DNA of 47,686 bases, taken from Verrucomicrobiota bacterium (GTDB taxonomy: Bacteria > Verrucomicrobiota > Verrucomicrobiia > Verrucomicrobiales > DEV007). This document shows, in pieces, positions 19,938 through 30,697 of the stretch; within the stretch, counting starts at the first letter, position 1, and every line of letters begins with the position of its first letter. Location of the stretch: the NCBI GenBank assembly GCA_045046875.1, contig JASFYY010000153.1, positions 1 to 47,686 on the forward strand. The letters run 5' to 3'. Below the pieces are notes generated by a model that worked only from the letters and a program-made list of their open reading frames with translations, had not been told where the DNA came from and searched no databases. The translations under genes were made by a program, and so were the position numbers.

Positions 19938-22082
19938 TCACTTCCGCTTCAACACCACCCGGAAGCCCGAATCGTAACGATCCGTTTCCGATGGCCGCAC
20001 CGCCAAGCGGTAGCCGTTTGCCAGATCGTAACCGGATGAACGACTCCACGATCCGCCGCGCAAAACCTTGCGCTCAGTTCCCACCCATGACGGGTTGCTC
20101 GGAGACTTCACTTCGCGTGAGCGTTTTAAGATCGTCTGTGAATACCAGTCATCACACCATTCCCAGACATTGCCGCGCACATCAAACAAACCATACTCAT
20201 TCGGCTGACTGGTTCCCACTTCGGCGGTGCCCTCCAATTGTCCCAGACGACTAGTCACCGCATCCTCCAAACGTGCTCCCCCGACAAAAACACTCCACTC
20301 ACGGTCAGTTGGCAAATCATAAACAAAACCCTTTGGCAATGTTCCGCGACTGCGCTCATCAATGGTCAGCTTTTCGCAAAAGCGCTTGGCATCGTACCAG
20401 CTGACACTCTCCACCGGACGATTTTCTCCTTTGAACGAACTTGGGTTTTTCCCCACCAGGTTTTGATAAAATTGCTGCGTCACCTCATGCGCCGCCACCC
20501 ATTCTTTCAAAGGAGCCACCCACTGCATTTTCTGGCCATAGGAATTAGTGAAATCATGATTCAATGCCGGAGTCGGGTCGTATTTCAAACTCACATTAAA
20601 ATCCAACGACTGACCGGGCTCCACTTCACCAGATACCGACGCACTGCGATACTGCCCTTTGCGCAATTGGTATTCGTAATGCCCCGGCCTCACCACATTC
20701 TGACTGAAAGGGGTGCGTCCCATCGGCACTCCGTTCAAAACCACCGTCGCCCCGGCCGGCTCACTGCCAATCTTGACCGTTCCGTATTCAAAACCAAAAT
20801 CCACCTTGTCCGCACCCTCGGCATTAAGATCTCCCACCACCACCACATCTTCAAGCCCATCCCTGCGCGCCACAAACCGATACTCCCCCTGTGGCAACTC
20901 CCACTGTAACGGAGTCCGTTCCCCTGACCGGCCAATTTGCTTGTTATTCAAAAACACCTGCGCGCCCGGCGGATCGCTGACAAAAGAAACCAAACTGCGT
21001 TTCCACGCAAATTCCAACGCTCGTTGTTTGCCTTGCTCGATCTCCACCACCCGGCGGATCTCCGGCCAATCCTGGTAACGAATCACCAATTGATGCTGAC
21101 CCACTGCCAAACCAGGTATATTCAATGGAGTGGTGCCAACCAACTTACCCGCACCCGCCGAACGGGCTCCCCCCTGACTGCGTTCTTTCAGCCAGACCTC
21201 CGCCCCACTGGGATCACTGATCACTTGCAGCCCGCCCTGGGCAAACACATGCGAAACACTCGCTTGCCGGTTGTTAGCAATGCGGACTTTTTCCGAAAAA
21301 TTCGGCCAGCCTTTCATCTTCAACGTCACGCTGTACTCACCCGGAGGAAGTTTCTCCAAAGTCACTGGCGTTTTGCCCGATTGCACCACCGCTCCCAGTT
21401 TCCCCAGCGTCCCTTTACCCTCGGCGCCCTCTCCCTCAGAGCCCTGCCCGGCAATCACCAATTCATAAGGCACCCCCTTCGGTTCACTCGACACCGACAA
21501 ACTCCCCGCCAGCGCACTCAATTGCAAAACCCCCACATCGGCTGTGGAATTCTCCCGCACCCTCACCTGATGCTCGATTTTTTCGTAACCCTCTTTACTC
21601 ACTTCAATGACGTATGAGCCAATCGGCACCGCCGCAAAAACCGCCGGACTTTTCTTTGAACCCTGCTTACCCAATTTCACACTAGCTCCCTCAGGCTCGG
21701 TTTTCACCACCACCCGCCCTTGAGCCACTTCGATATGACGTTCTATCAGCGGCAATGTGGTTTTTGCCTCCACTTGGTCGGCATCTTTCGCCAAAACCTC
21801 TAAATACAAATTACGTGCCTCGCTCCAATTGCCGGCAGCCATTTCAACCCGCGCCTGTGCCAGACGCTGCGTCACTTCCTGACTCACTATAAGCTCTGCC
21901 TGCGGGATGGCAGCTGCTGCCTCAACCGTCTCCGTCCCGCCCTGACGTCGTTCCCCTACCAAAACCCCAATCAACACACCCAGCAACAACGCCGCGACCA
22001 CCCATCCCCAAACAGCAGACGCGCTGTTTCGAGGCTCATTCGACCGCTTCGGCGGCGGCAAGGTTATTTTCGTTTCTTCCAT
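19938..22082 (-). CDS. membrane-anchored PEGA-repeat protein with C-terminal FGE-sulfatase (SUMF1/EgtB/PvdO-like) domain
   Basis: TM helix, TPR-like helix pair, about 5 PEGA repeats (S.P.GA.V), PVESVSW, LPTDREW, PNEYGLFDVRGNVWEW, RGGSW, GFRVV. Confidence 0.88.
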   Translation of the reverse strand: MEETKITLPPPKRSNEPRNSASAVWGWVVAALLLGVLIGVLVGERRQGGTETVEAAAAIPQAELIVSQEVTQRLAQARVEMAAGNWSEARNLYLEVLAKDADQVEAKTTLPLIERHIEVAQGRVVVKTEPEGASVKLGKQGSKKSPAVFAAVPIGSYVIEVSKEGYEKIEHQVRVRENSTADVGVLQLSALAGSLSVSSEPKGVPYELVIAGQGSEGEGAEGKGTLGKLGAVVQSGKTPVTLEKLPPGEYSVTLKMKGWPNFSEKVRIANNRQASVSHVFAQGGLQVISDPSGAEVWLKERSQGGARSAGAGKLVGTTPLNIPGLAVGQHQLVIRYQDWPEIRRVVEIEQGKQRALEFAWKRSLVSFVSDPPGAQVFLNNKQIGRSGERTPLQWELPQGEYRFVARRDGLEDVVVVGDLNAEGADKVDFGFEYGTVKIGSEPAGATVVLNGVPMGRTPFSQNVVRPGHYEYQLRKGQYRSASVSGEVEPGQSLDFNVSLKYDPTPALNHDFTNSYGQKMQWVAPLKEWVAAHEVTQQFYQNLVGKNPSSFKGENRPVESVSWYDAKRFCEKLTIDERSRGTLPKGFVYDLPTDREWSVFVGGARLEDAVTSRLGQLEGTAEVGTSQPNEYGLFDVRGNVWEWCDDWYSQTILKRSREVKSPSNPSWVGTERKVLRGGSWSRSSGYDLANGYRLAVRPSETDRYDSGFRVVLKRK

Positions 22083-22210
22083 TTATTTCAACAATTGATT
22101 CCACTTGATGGAAAACTACGCATTTGCGTCTCAAATTATTCTTTGCTCCTGCTTATAATCGTTCCACAGTTTCCTAGTCAATCCTACAAACCTAAATCCA
22201 CCTCATCCCT

Positions 22211-23677
22211 GTGAACTTTCTCATAAAACACTTCCTACTGATCCTTTTCGTCATTTGCCCAAGTGTGACAGTCATTTCTTCAGCCAATGCACGTTCAGCC
22301 GGTGACCGGCCCAACATCATCTACATCATCGCCGACGACCTCGGTTACAATGAGCTTGGTTGTTACGGCCAGAAAATCATCAAAACGCCCAACATCGACC
22401 GCATCGCCACTGAAGGCATCAAATTCACCCAACACTACTCTGGTCAGGCCGTGTGCGCCCCTGCCCGCTGCTCACTGATGACCGGATACCACATGGGTCA
22501 TGCGTTTATCCGTGACAACAGCAATCCCCCCACACGCATGCCTGCCTATAAAAAGGACGGCATCTTCCCCGGCCAAACCGCCATTCCTGATGAAACCATC
22601 ACGATCCCCGAACTACTGAAACAAAAAAACTACGCCACCGCCGCTTACGGCAAATGGGGCCTGGGTTACGAAGGCTCCAGCGGAGATCCGCTCAAACAAG
22701 GTTTTGATGACTTCGGCGGTTTCCTCTGCCAGATCCACGCCCACAACCACTACCCGGAATATCTGTGGAAAAACGGTAAAAAAATCACCCTGCCCGGCAA
22801 TGACCGCACCTTGAAAGGCAAAAGCTACTCGCAGGATTACTTTGTCAATTGGGGGCTCGACTTCATCCGTGAGAACAAAGAAAAACCTTTTTTCCTCTAC
22901 CTGCCCTTCGCGGTCCCCCATCTGTCAATCCAGGTTCCCGATGAAGAGGTGGAAAAATACCGCCAAGTGATCAAAGAAGAAAAGCATAAACATCGTGGTT
23001 ATCTCAAACACCCTTACCCAAGAGCTGCCTACGCCGCCATGGTCAGCTACATGGATCAAGGAGTGGGAGAGATCATGGAGCTGGTGAAAAAACTCGGCTT
23101 GGATGACAATACCATCATCCTTTTTTCCAGTGACAACGGACCTGCCACCAATCGCCTCGGCGGATCGGACTCAACTTTTTTTGATAGTGCCAATGGTTTC
23201 CGGGGAACCAAAGGCTCCCTCTATGAAGGAGGCATCCGCATCCCGCTGGTCGCGCGCTGGCCAGGCAAAATCAAAGCCGGCACAGTCAGCGATCATCAAT
23301 CAGCTTTCTGGGATATCCTGCCGACATTTTGTGATTTGGCCGAGATCAAAGCCCCCGAAGGCATCGACGGCATTTCGCTCGCCCCTACTTTATTGGGTCA
23401 AGCACAACAACAAAAACAACACGCCTACCTCTATTGGGAATTCTCCTCTTACGGCGGCCAGCAAGCGCTCCGCATGGGCAAATGGAAAGCCATTCGACAA
23501 AACCTGCTGAAAGGAAAAAATCCCGTCATCAAAACCGAGCTGTATGATCTGCAAGCCGACCCGGCCGAGTCCGTTGACCTGGCAGAAAAACACCCCGAAC
23601 TTCTGAAAAAACTCGAACAAGCGATGAAAGACGCGCGACGGCCATCAACCATCTTCCCCTTCCGCCCCCTCGACTAA
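22211..23677 (+). CDS. arylsulfatase (Cys-type formylglycine-dependent sulfatase)
   Basis: RPNIIYIIADDLG, CAPAR (CxPxR) + LMTG, GKWGLG, SDNG, KGSLYEGGIR. Confidence 0.95.
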   Translation: MNFLIKHFLLILFVICPSVTVISSANARSAGDRPNIIYIIADDLGYNELGCYGQKIIKTPNIDRIATEGIKFTQHYSGQAVCAPARCSLMTGYHMGHAFIRDNSNPPTRMPAYKKDGIFPGQTAIPDETITIPELLKQKNYATAAYGKWGLGYEGSSGDPLKQGFDDFGGFLCQIHAHNHYPEYLWKNGKKITLPGNDRTLKGKSYSQDYFVNWGLDFIRENKEKPFFLYLPFAVPHLSIQVPDEEVEKYRQVIKEEKHKHRGYLKHPYPRAAYAAMVSYMDQGVGEIMELVKKLGLDDNTIILFSSDNGPATNRLGGSDSTFFDSANGFRGTKGSLYEGGIRIPLVARWPGKIKAGTVSDHQSAFWDILPTFCDLAEIKAPEGIDGISLAPTLLGQAQQQKQHAYLYWEFSSYGGQQALRMGKWKAIRQNLLKGKNPVIKTELYDLQADPAESVDLAEKHPELLKKLEQAMKDARRPSTIFPFRPLD

Positions 23678-23707
23678 TCTCTTCAACCCTGCAACCCATC
23701 AGTCCCC

Positions 23708-24928
23708 ATGAAACTACACCTCTTTTACGCAAGCGCTCTGCTCAGTTTATCCCCTTTCATCCAAGCAGCAGAGATTCCCTTCATTGACCTCGCCGATGAC
23801 TATTATCGTCAGACCCTCGTCGATCACCAAGCCGGACAATACCTCGGCCACCCCACCACCTGCCTGCTCGACGACGGCAAAACCATCCTCACGGTTTACC
23901 CCAAGGGACACGGCAAGGGGGACATTATTTACAAACGCTCAACCGACGGTGGCCTGACCTGGTCAGAACGACTGCCCACTCCTCAGTCCTGGTTAAGTTC
24001 AAAAGAAGTGCCCACCCTTCACCGGGTCACCGATGCCGCAGGCAAAAAACGCATCATTATGTTTTCCGGCCTATACCCTATTCGCATGGCCGTCAGTGAA
24101 GATGACGGCGCGCACTGGTCGGAATTAAAAACCATCGGCGACTTCGGCGGCATCGTTGCCATGGGTTGTCATTTTCCGATCAAAACAAAACCAGGCCACT
24201 ACATCAGCCTGTTTCACGATGATGGACGCTTCATCCGCAAGGACTCTAAAAAGGAAAAACCCACCGTCATGACTCTGTTCAAAACCCTTTCCACCGACGG
24301 CGGTCTCACTTGGGGGCAACCTGAAAAGATCTTTGCCTCAGCTGATATCCATCTCTGCGAGCCCGGCGTCATCCGCTCACCTGACGGCAAAACCCTCGCT
24401 GTCCTGCTGCGCGAAAACCGCCGCAAAAAAAACTCGCACATCATTTTTTCCACCGATGAAGGCAAAACCTGGACGGCTCCAAAGGAGCTGCCCATCACCC
24501 TCACCGGTGATCGGCACACTGGCAAATACGCGCCCGACGGCCGTTTATTCATTTCATTCCGAGGTGTCACCCCCACCCACAAATTTGCCTTCACCGACAG
24601 CAGCAAAGATGTTGGGAAAATGCCCACCAATGGCGACTGGGCAGGCTGGGTAGGCAGTTGGGACGATCTGGTCAATGGCACGCCGGGGCAATACGTCGTG
24701 CGCCTGATGGATAACCAAAAAGGTTACGACACCACCTACCCCGGAGTAGAAGTGCTGCCCGACGGCACCTTTGTTCTGGTCACCTATGGCCATTGGACAA
24801 AAAACGAAGATCCTTACATCATGAGCGTTCGTTTCACCATGGACGAACTCGATCAAAAAGCCAAACAGGCCGAATCCATTCAGATAAGCGATGATTTCAA
24901 ACAACTGACCCCGGTTGCAAAAAAATAG
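23708..24928 (+). CDS. BNR/Asp-box sialidase-like protein
   Basis: signal peptide; STDGGLTW x2, SEDDGAHW, STDEGKTW; CEP and TYP motifs. Confidence 0.85.
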   Translation: MKLHLFYASALLSLSPFIQAAEIPFIDLADDYYRQTLVDHQAGQYLGHPTTCLLDDGKTILTVYPKGHGKGDIIYKRSTDGGLTWSERLPTPQSWLSSKEVPTLHRVTDAAGKKRIIMFSGLYPIRMAVSEDDGAHWSELKTIGDFGGIVAMGCHFPIKTKPGHYISLFHDDGRFIRKDSKKEKPTVMTLFKTLSTDGGLTWGQPEKIFASADIHLCEPGVIRSPDGKTLAVLLRENRRKKNSHIIFSTDEGKTWTAPKELPITLTGDRHTGKYAPDGRLFISFRGVTPTHKFAFTDSSKDVGKMPTNGDWAGWVGSWDDLVNGTPGQYVVRLMDNQKGYDTTYPGVEVLPDGTFVLVTYGHWTKNEDPYIMSVRFTMDELDQKAKQAESIQISDDFKQLTPVAKK

Positions 24929-25000
24929 TTTTCCCGCTTCGTTCACCCCTGGTTATTTGGAGCCCGCTACAATAGATCCCTCAAATACATAACGACCATT

Positions 25001-25024
25001 GTAGGGCGAGCGCTTCGCTTGCCC
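25001..25024 (+). repeat. GTAG-type REP-like palindrome between convergent genes
   Basis: GTA-GGGCGAGCG-CTT-CGCTTGCCC; CTACAAT (24967) is the inverted complement of ATTGTAG (24998). Confidence 0.6.
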
Positions 25025-25028
25025 GATC

Positions 25029-25808
25029 TCATTTGGCAGAAAAACCCTTCACCAGGTCGATCACAAAATCCACCATCGCCGGATCCCCACCTACCGACTG
25101 GGCGCAGTACACTTTTTTTGATCGTATTTCACAAGACGGTTCAAACACCCCACCCTCCATCCCCAGGATCGCAGGCAGATCCCGACTGAAGTGCAATCCT
25201 GACGCTATAAAATAGGGCAGCACCACCACATTTTGAAACCGAGTGAGCTCGTACCAATCCGATAAATCCGGTGATTCATCGAGATAAACCCCCAACACTT
25301 CCCCGAAACCACCCTGATACGCTTGTATTTTCTCCACCTGCCGCCGCACCGCTTTGGCCGAATCTTTGTTCCGCTTCGTGCCATGCCCCACTATCAACAG
25401 ACTGGTCTCGGCCAAATCCAATCCCTCGCACAGCCCGACCGCACGCCGCCACAGTAAATCGGTCATCCCCGGATGACAGCCCACCGGATCACAGTAGTGA
25501 ATGCAGAACCCCGCCCGTTCCGTCACTCTTCCGCTCAGTTGCAACTCCCGTGGAATCACCTGCTGGGTAAAATAACCTTTACTGATAAAATGCGGCACCA
25601 CATAAACCTGGGAACAATCGATCGCTGAAAACACATCCTTAAAATAAGGTCGCTCCTTCCAAAAAGCCGCATGCACCTCGGCAAACAGCCCCAAGTCCCT
25701 GAGACGGTCAACCAAAAGCCGCGTCGCCTGGCTGGATTGACGGTTTTCCGTCGCTCCATGACCGGGGATCACCAAGGCAATCTCTGTTAAAGGTATTTCT
25801 TTTTCCAT
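25029..25808 (-). CDS. CbiX/SirB-family sirohydrochlorin chelatase-like protein (two CbiX domains)
   Basis: PGHG...AFWKE.P...VVPHFIS.GYF and VGHG...P...VVLPYFIASGLH. Confidence 0.85.
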   Translation of the reverse strand: MEKEIPLTEIALVIPGHGATENRQSSQATRLLVDRLRDLGLFAEVHAAFWKERPYFKDVFSAIDCSQVYVVPHFISKGYFTQQVIPRELQLSGRVTERAGFCIHYCDPVGCHPGMTDLLWRRAVGLCEGLDLAETSLLIVGHGTKRNKDSAKAVRRQVEKIQAYQGGFGEVLGVYLDESPDLSDWYELTRFQNVVVLPYFIASGLHFSRDLPAILGMEGGVFEPSCEIRSKKVYCAQSVGGDPAMVDFVIDLVKGFSAK

Positions 25809-25924
25809 GCACAACAGGCTAGTCCTTTATCCAAGGCGGTTCAAATGTCTCCATTAGGGGGCACGACAATTACTATTGAACAAAACTCTTCTTGCTTCCG
25901 TCAAAAAACTAAAATACTTTAGCC

Positions 25925-26653
25925 ATGTTAATGAATTCCATATATTCCAAGGTCAGCGTTTGCGCGCTTTTATTGTTTATCGGCACATTGCTATCAGTCA
26001 GTGCCCAAACCAGTGCTTTCGATTCTCTGGAAGCCTTCGGGAAAAACCGCGGTGACAAAGCCTTAAAGCGTGTTCTGGCCATCACCGGGGCTTTTGGTCA
26101 GGATCAACCCCCACAATGGATGATTCTGAGCAAAGATATCAGCGTCAATAACCTGCGACACGAATACATCGTAAAAAAAGGCCAAATCGTAGCTGAGAGA
26201 AATTTCACAGCAGCCCCCGATCCAAACCTTCCGACGGCCACCCTGCCATTGGATCAACTCAATACCGATTCCAAAAAGGCTTTCATCACGGCCAACCGTG
26301 CAGCCTCCAATAGCAACATCGGCTTTGACTCAGTCAACTATCTGCTGCGCATCCATCACACCAGCCCTTCTCCTATCTGGACCCTGACCTTGCTCGACCA
26401 ACAAAAAAATACCGTTGGCATTATATTTGTCTCAGCTTCCTCCGGCAAAATGCTCAGCAAAAAGTGGTTCCGTCCCGGCACCCCCGAATACACTGAAATG
26501 AACAACCGCTCGGCAGCAGATGACATCAAAAACATTTGGAACAAAGGGGTGAACTCGGTTTCCAAAGGTTTCCAAAAACTTGATAAAAAAATCGAGGAAA
26601 AGATGAATCGCAACAAACCGACCATCAATCCGGCCTACAAGCCTAACAACTGA
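25925..26653 (+). CDS. secreted hypothetical protein (PepSY-like segment)
   Basis: signal peptide; DSKKAF..A...FDSVNY.L...PIW.L...VSASSG pattern. Confidence 0.65.
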   Translation: MLMNSIYSKVSVCALLLFIGTLLSVSAQTSAFDSLEAFGKNRGDKALKRVLAITGAFGQDQPPQWMILSKDISVNNLRHEYIVKKGQIVAERNFTAAPDPNLPTATLPLDQLNTDSKKAFITANRAASNSNIGFDSVNYLLRIHHTSPSPIWTLTLLDQQKNTVGIIFVSASSGKMLSKKWFRPGTPEYTEMNNRSAADDIKNIWNKGVNSVSKGFQKLDKKIEEKMNRNKPTINPAYKPNN

Positions 26654-26783
26654 ACGGCAGCAGCAAAGCTCCCCAGTTCTACTCCGCCCCCCATACCCCC
26701 CTTTTTCATAAAATGGCAGCTATGGGCTTGTCATTTTTCAGCGAAGCAGTCAAATTGCTCTGAACCCATCCCTCCACCACATC

Positions 26784-28253
26784 ATGACTGCACTTCGCCT
26801 CTACCTTCTCTGCGCTTACGCACTAACTCTTTTAATTAGCTACACCCCTCCCATCCAGGCCCAGGCGAAAGTCAAAAGCACCTTCCGGGCAGGCGCCGCC
26901 ACTTCGAACATCACCCCGCTGATGGGGGTGCCTCTCGATGGCACCATCATGCAGATCGGCCCCGCCAAGGATGTGCATGACGAGCTGCACGCTCGTTGTC
27001 TGGTGCTCGACGACGGCAAGACCCGCCTCGCTTTTGCGGTGATCGACAATACCATGGTCTCGCGCGAAGTTTACCAACAGGCCAAAAAACTGGTGAACCA
27101 ACACACCGGCATCCCGATTAAAAACATCTGCATTTCCGCCACCCACACTCACTCCACTCCCCGAGCCGTGGTCGGGCTCAAGCCCAATAGCCCCGAACAC
27201 AAGGACTACCTCAACTTTCTCGCCATCCGTATCAGCGACGGCATCCGACGGGCGGTGAATCGCCTGGCTCCGGCCAAAATTGCCTGGGGCAGTTTCCAGG
27301 AACCTCGTTATGTTCACAACCGCCGCCGTTTTTTAAAAGAGCAATTCCTCGCTGCCAATAAAAACCCTTTTGGTATCGGTGGAGAAATTGTCAGCATGAA
27401 CGCCAACGCTCAAAAAGCCGACAAAGAAGCCGGCCCGACCGACCCTGAAGTATTTGTGCTCTCGCTGCAACACAACGACGGCCGGCCCCTTGCCGTTTTT
27501 GCCAACTACAGCCTGCACTACATCGGCGGCGTGCCGGGCGGCACGGTCAGCGCCGATTATTACGGAGTTTTTGCCGACCGCATCCAGCAACTGTTACAAG
27601 CTGACCGACAGAAACCTGCTTTTGTCGGTATCATGTCCAATGGCACCAGTGGTGACATCAACGCCAACGCCCTCGGTCAAAAACGGGTGAAATATGCCGC
27701 CTACGAAAGAATGACCCTGGTCGCCAATGATCTCGCAGCAGGAACCGCCAAACTGGTCAAAAGCCTCGAACACCACTCAGACATCACCTTGGCCGCCGCC
27801 GCCAAAGAACTCGAATTAAAAGTTCGCAAACCCGATCAAAAACGCATCGACTGGGCCAACAAAAGCAAAGTCGCCGCCGACCATCAAGGCCGCCTGACCC
27901 GCCCCCAGATCTACGCCCGCGAAGCCCTCTTCCTCGCCGATTTCCCCAACACCGTGCAAGTGCCGCTACAGGCCTTCCGCATCGGTGATCTCGTGATCGC
28001 CCAGAGCCCCTGCGAAACTTTTGCCGAGACCGGTCTCGCTATCAAAAAAGCAAGCCCCTCCAGCAAACAGACCTTCACCATCGAACTCGCCAACGGCTAT
28101 TTTGGTTACCTGCCTTCCCCGCAACAGTTCATCTGGGGCGGATACGAAACCTGGCCTGCCCGCTCCTCTTTTCTTGAGGAACAAGCCGAACCCAAAATCC
28201 GTGCCAGCCTGATCGACCTGATCAAACAGCTGCATCAAAAACCCCAGCCCTAA
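26784..28253 (+). CDS. secreted neutral/alkaline ceramidase-like metallo-hydrolase
   Basis: AGAATSNITP, HDELHARCLVLDDG, ISATHTHS, NYSLHY, SADYYG, GYLP..GGYE. Confidence 0.87.
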   Translation: MTALRLYLLCAYALTLLISYTPPIQAQAKVKSTFRAGAATSNITPLMGVPLDGTIMQIGPAKDVHDELHARCLVLDDGKTRLAFAVIDNTMVSREVYQQAKKLVNQHTGIPIKNICISATHTHSTPRAVVGLKPNSPEHKDYLNFLAIRISDGIRRAVNRLAPAKIAWGSFQEPRYVHNRRRFLKEQFLAANKNPFGIGGEIVSMNANAQKADKEAGPTDPEVFVLSLQHNDGRPLAVFANYSLHYIGGVPGGTVSADYYGVFADRIQQLLQADRQKPAFVGIMSNGTSGDINANALGQKRVKYAAYERMTLVANDLAAGTAKLVKSLEHHSDITLAAAAKELELKVRKPDQKRIDWANKSKVAADHQGRLTRPQIYAREALFLADFPNTVQVPLQAFRIGDLVIAQSPCETFAETGLAIKKASPSSKQTFTIELANGYFGYLPSPQQFIWGGYETWPARSSFLEEQAEPKIRASLIDLIKQLHQKPQP

Positions 28254-28453
28254 GGATCCCTTTTTTGCAGAGGAAGGAGGAGTTTAAATTAAGGCAACTG
28301 TTTAGGCATTATTCAAACTGCCTTCATTTTTTTTGAAATAGAACGTGAATAGGTGAGGATGAGACATTTGTTATTGATAGTTTCACTAAAATTACGTAGC
28401 TCAGATTGAAATGAAAATCATTACTTATTTGAATTGAGAATTTTCATTTCTTT

Positions 28454-28485
28454 CTTATCCGCGTTCATCCGCGCTATCCGCGGTT
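28454..28485. repeat. solo triple-heptamer half element (ATCCGCG x3 + GTT)
   Basis: ATCCGCG at 28457, 28467 and 28476, followed by GTT. Confidence 0.85.
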
Positions 28486-28567
28486 AACCTCTTTAATATG
28501 ACTTGAATAGTCATAACCTATGCGGCTTCCACTCTTCAACGGATGACAGGCAAACTGCAGGCCCCCT

Positions 28568-29704
28568 TCACCTACCCGCGTCGCCCAACTCAGCCTCCAC
28601 CGCCCTGGCCGCCTGCCGGTAAGCGCCACTCTTACCCAGGCTTGCCACCACTTCAGCCAAATCATCCTGCAAAGCCTGCCGTTTGCCCGCGTCATTCAGC
28701 AGCCCTTGTAATTCGGCAAAAATACAATCCGCACTGGCCTCGGATTGCAGTAATTCCTTAACCACCTCCCGCTTCGCCAGCACATTCACAATACCCAGGT
28801 ATTTGATATCCATCAGCAACTTTGCCGCCAGATACGTTGGCCAGGCCACTCGGTAAACCAAACAATAAGGCAGCCCGAATACCGCCGCCTCCAAAGTCGC
28901 CGTACCAGAAGTCACCACTCCCGCCACCGCCCGCTGCATCACTTCATGCGCATTGCCCAAGCCTATCTGCAAATCCTGCAATCCCCCTTGCTGCGCAATC
29001 TCCCGCATGCGCTTTTCCAGTTTTTCCGAAGGAGCCGCGGTGACAAATTTCACCGCCTCGTTTTTCCCGGACAAACGACAAGCCGCCTCCACCATCGCTG
29101 GAAACAAACTCTCGATTTCGCGTGACCGACTGCCTGGCAACAGCGCTAACAAATTCCCATCCCGTTCATCAGCCCCTCGCTCGGCATGCAATTGATCCAC
29201 CAGGGGATGACCGGCAAAAACAGTTTTCAAGCCTGAATTCTCATACAGTTGTTTTTCAAAAGGAAAAATACAAATCATCAAATCCAACATTTTAGCCATG
29301 CGGGGAATACGTCCTTTTTTCCACGCCCACACCTGGGGACTGATGTAATAAATCAGCTTACCCGTGTAATTTTCTTTCCTCAACCGATCCGCCAGGCGCA
29401 AATTAAAACCCGGATAATCCACCAGCACCACCGCGTCCGGTTTTTCCTCGGCAATACGCTTCACCGTCTCTTCCATCTTACCACGAAAATAAGCATACTT
29501 CTGCAACACTTCCCACAAACCGAGCACCGCCGCTTCTTCCAGCCAATCCTCGATCCCGCTCGAAACCCCTCTCATCAGAGGCCCGCCCAAACCACTGATC
29601 TCCATCCCCGCGTCGCTCTGCCCCTCCAGCAAAAGCGCCGCCATCAAACCCGCACCATGGGTATCACCACTGTGCTCGCCTGATACGATGAACAACTTTT
29701 TCAT
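28568..29704 (-). CDS. lpxB: lipid-A-disaccharide synthase
   Basis: GEHSGD, VDYPGFN, YYISPQVWAW, IFPFE, GHPL, LLPGSR..E, SGTATLE. Confidence 0.96.
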   Translation of the reverse strand: MKKLFIVSGEHSGDTHGAGLMAALLLEGQSDAGMEISGLGGPLMRGVSSGIEDWLEEAAVLGLWEVLQKYAYFRGKMEETVKRIAEEKPDAVVLVDYPGFNLRLADRLRKENYTGKLIYYISPQVWAWKKGRIPRMAKMLDLMICIFPFEKQLYENSGLKTVFAGHPLVDQLHAERGADERDGNLLALLPGSRSREIESLFPAMVEAACRLSGKNEAVKFVTAAPSEKLEKRMREIAQQGGLQDLQIGLGNAHEVMQRAVAGVVTSGTATLEAAVFGLPYCLVYRVAWPTYLAAKLLMDIKYLGIVNVLAKREVVKELLQSEASADCIFAELQGLLNDAGKRQALQDDLAEVVASLGKSGAYRQAARAVEAELGDAGR

Positions 29705-30660
29705 CCGATCTGAACACCCGAATCATTCGCCGTCCCGTTGCCTCCCGCTTCGATCAAACGTGTGATCTCCATCGCTATGTCCAAAGCAGCCGTACCATGC
29801 TGACCCGACACCTTGGGTTGTTCACCCTTTTTCACACAATCAACAAAAGCCGACAACTCCAGTTTCAAAGGCTCGTCCTTCTCGACCTTGACTTCATCCC
29901 GCACGATCTCCATGCCATCCTTGCGGTAAATCCAACCCGACTGATCCTGATAGTCCAGAGACAAATAAGCATCACTCTGGAACACCCTGATTTTTCGCAG
30001 TCGTTCAGGACTGATCCGACTAGCCGTTATGTTAGCCACACAACCATTCTCAAAACGAATGCGCGCATTAGCGATATCCTCGCGGTGAGTCAATACCGAG
30101 ACCCCCACCGCATCCACATGCGCCACCGGCGAATCCACCAAGTGCAAAATGATCTCCAAATCATGAATCATCAGATCCAGCACAACCCCGATATCCAGAC
30201 TGCGTTTGGGGAAGGGAGAAAGACGATGGGATTCAATAAACACCGGCTGATTCAGGCAAGTCTCCAACTGTTCCATCACCGGATTAAAACGCTCGATATG
30301 CCCCACCTGCAAAACCCGTCCTTTTTCGCGTGCCAGCTCCACCAAAGTACGCGCATTTTCCAGCGAGTCTGAAATCGGTTTTTCCACCAATACATCCTTG
30401 TTAGCCTGCAGCAAAGCCCCCGCCACCTCCAAATGAGTCACCGTCGGAGTCGATACCGAAGCGGCATCCACCAGTTCAATCAGTTCGTCAAGCGAGCCTA
30501 CCGCTGTGCTGCCGAACTCCTCCGCCAGCTCCGTTGCCAGCTCCATGTTCTGATCATAAATGGCTACCAGATCCGAGCTCTCTAATTCCGCATAAATCCG
30601 TGCATGATTACGCCCAATCGCACCTACGCCAACAACACCTACTTTTATTTTTTCACTCAT
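29701..30660 (-). CDS. gnnA: Gfo/Idh/MocA oxidoreductase, probable UDP-GlcNAc 3-dehydrogenase (GnnA-like)
   Basis: VEKPI, QVGHIERFNP, DIGVVLDLMIHDL, ITASRIS...RKIRVF; 4-bp overlap with lpxB. Confidence 0.75.
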   Translation of the reverse strand: MSEKIKVGVVGVGAIGRNHARIYAELESSDLVAIYDQNMELATELAEEFGSTAVGSLDELIELVDAASVSTPTVTHLEVAGALLQANKDVLVEKPISDSLENARTLVELAREKGRVLQVGHIERFNPVMEQLETCLNQPVFIESHRLSPFPKRSLDIGVVLDLMIHDLEIILHLVDSPVAHVDAVGVSVLTHREDIANARIRFENGCVANITASRISPERLRKIRVFQSDAYLSLDYQDQSGWIYRKDGMEIVRDEVKVEKDEPLKLELSAFVDCVKKGEQPKVSGQHGTAALDIAMEITRLIEAGGNGTANDSGVQIG

Positions 30661-30697
30661 TTTTGTTCACTTCACACTACACGAAAAAAAATATTAT

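Noticed and set aside
19938..20240. FGE/C-type-lectin C-terminus as the variable region of a diversity-generating retroelement
   Set aside because: No reverse transcriptase, Avd gene or template-repeat copy was seen in the window; action in trans cannot be excluded but has no support here.
25809..25924. Cobalamin riboswitch upstream of the CbiX-like gene
   Set aside because: Short divergent-promoter spacer with no B12-box recognisable.
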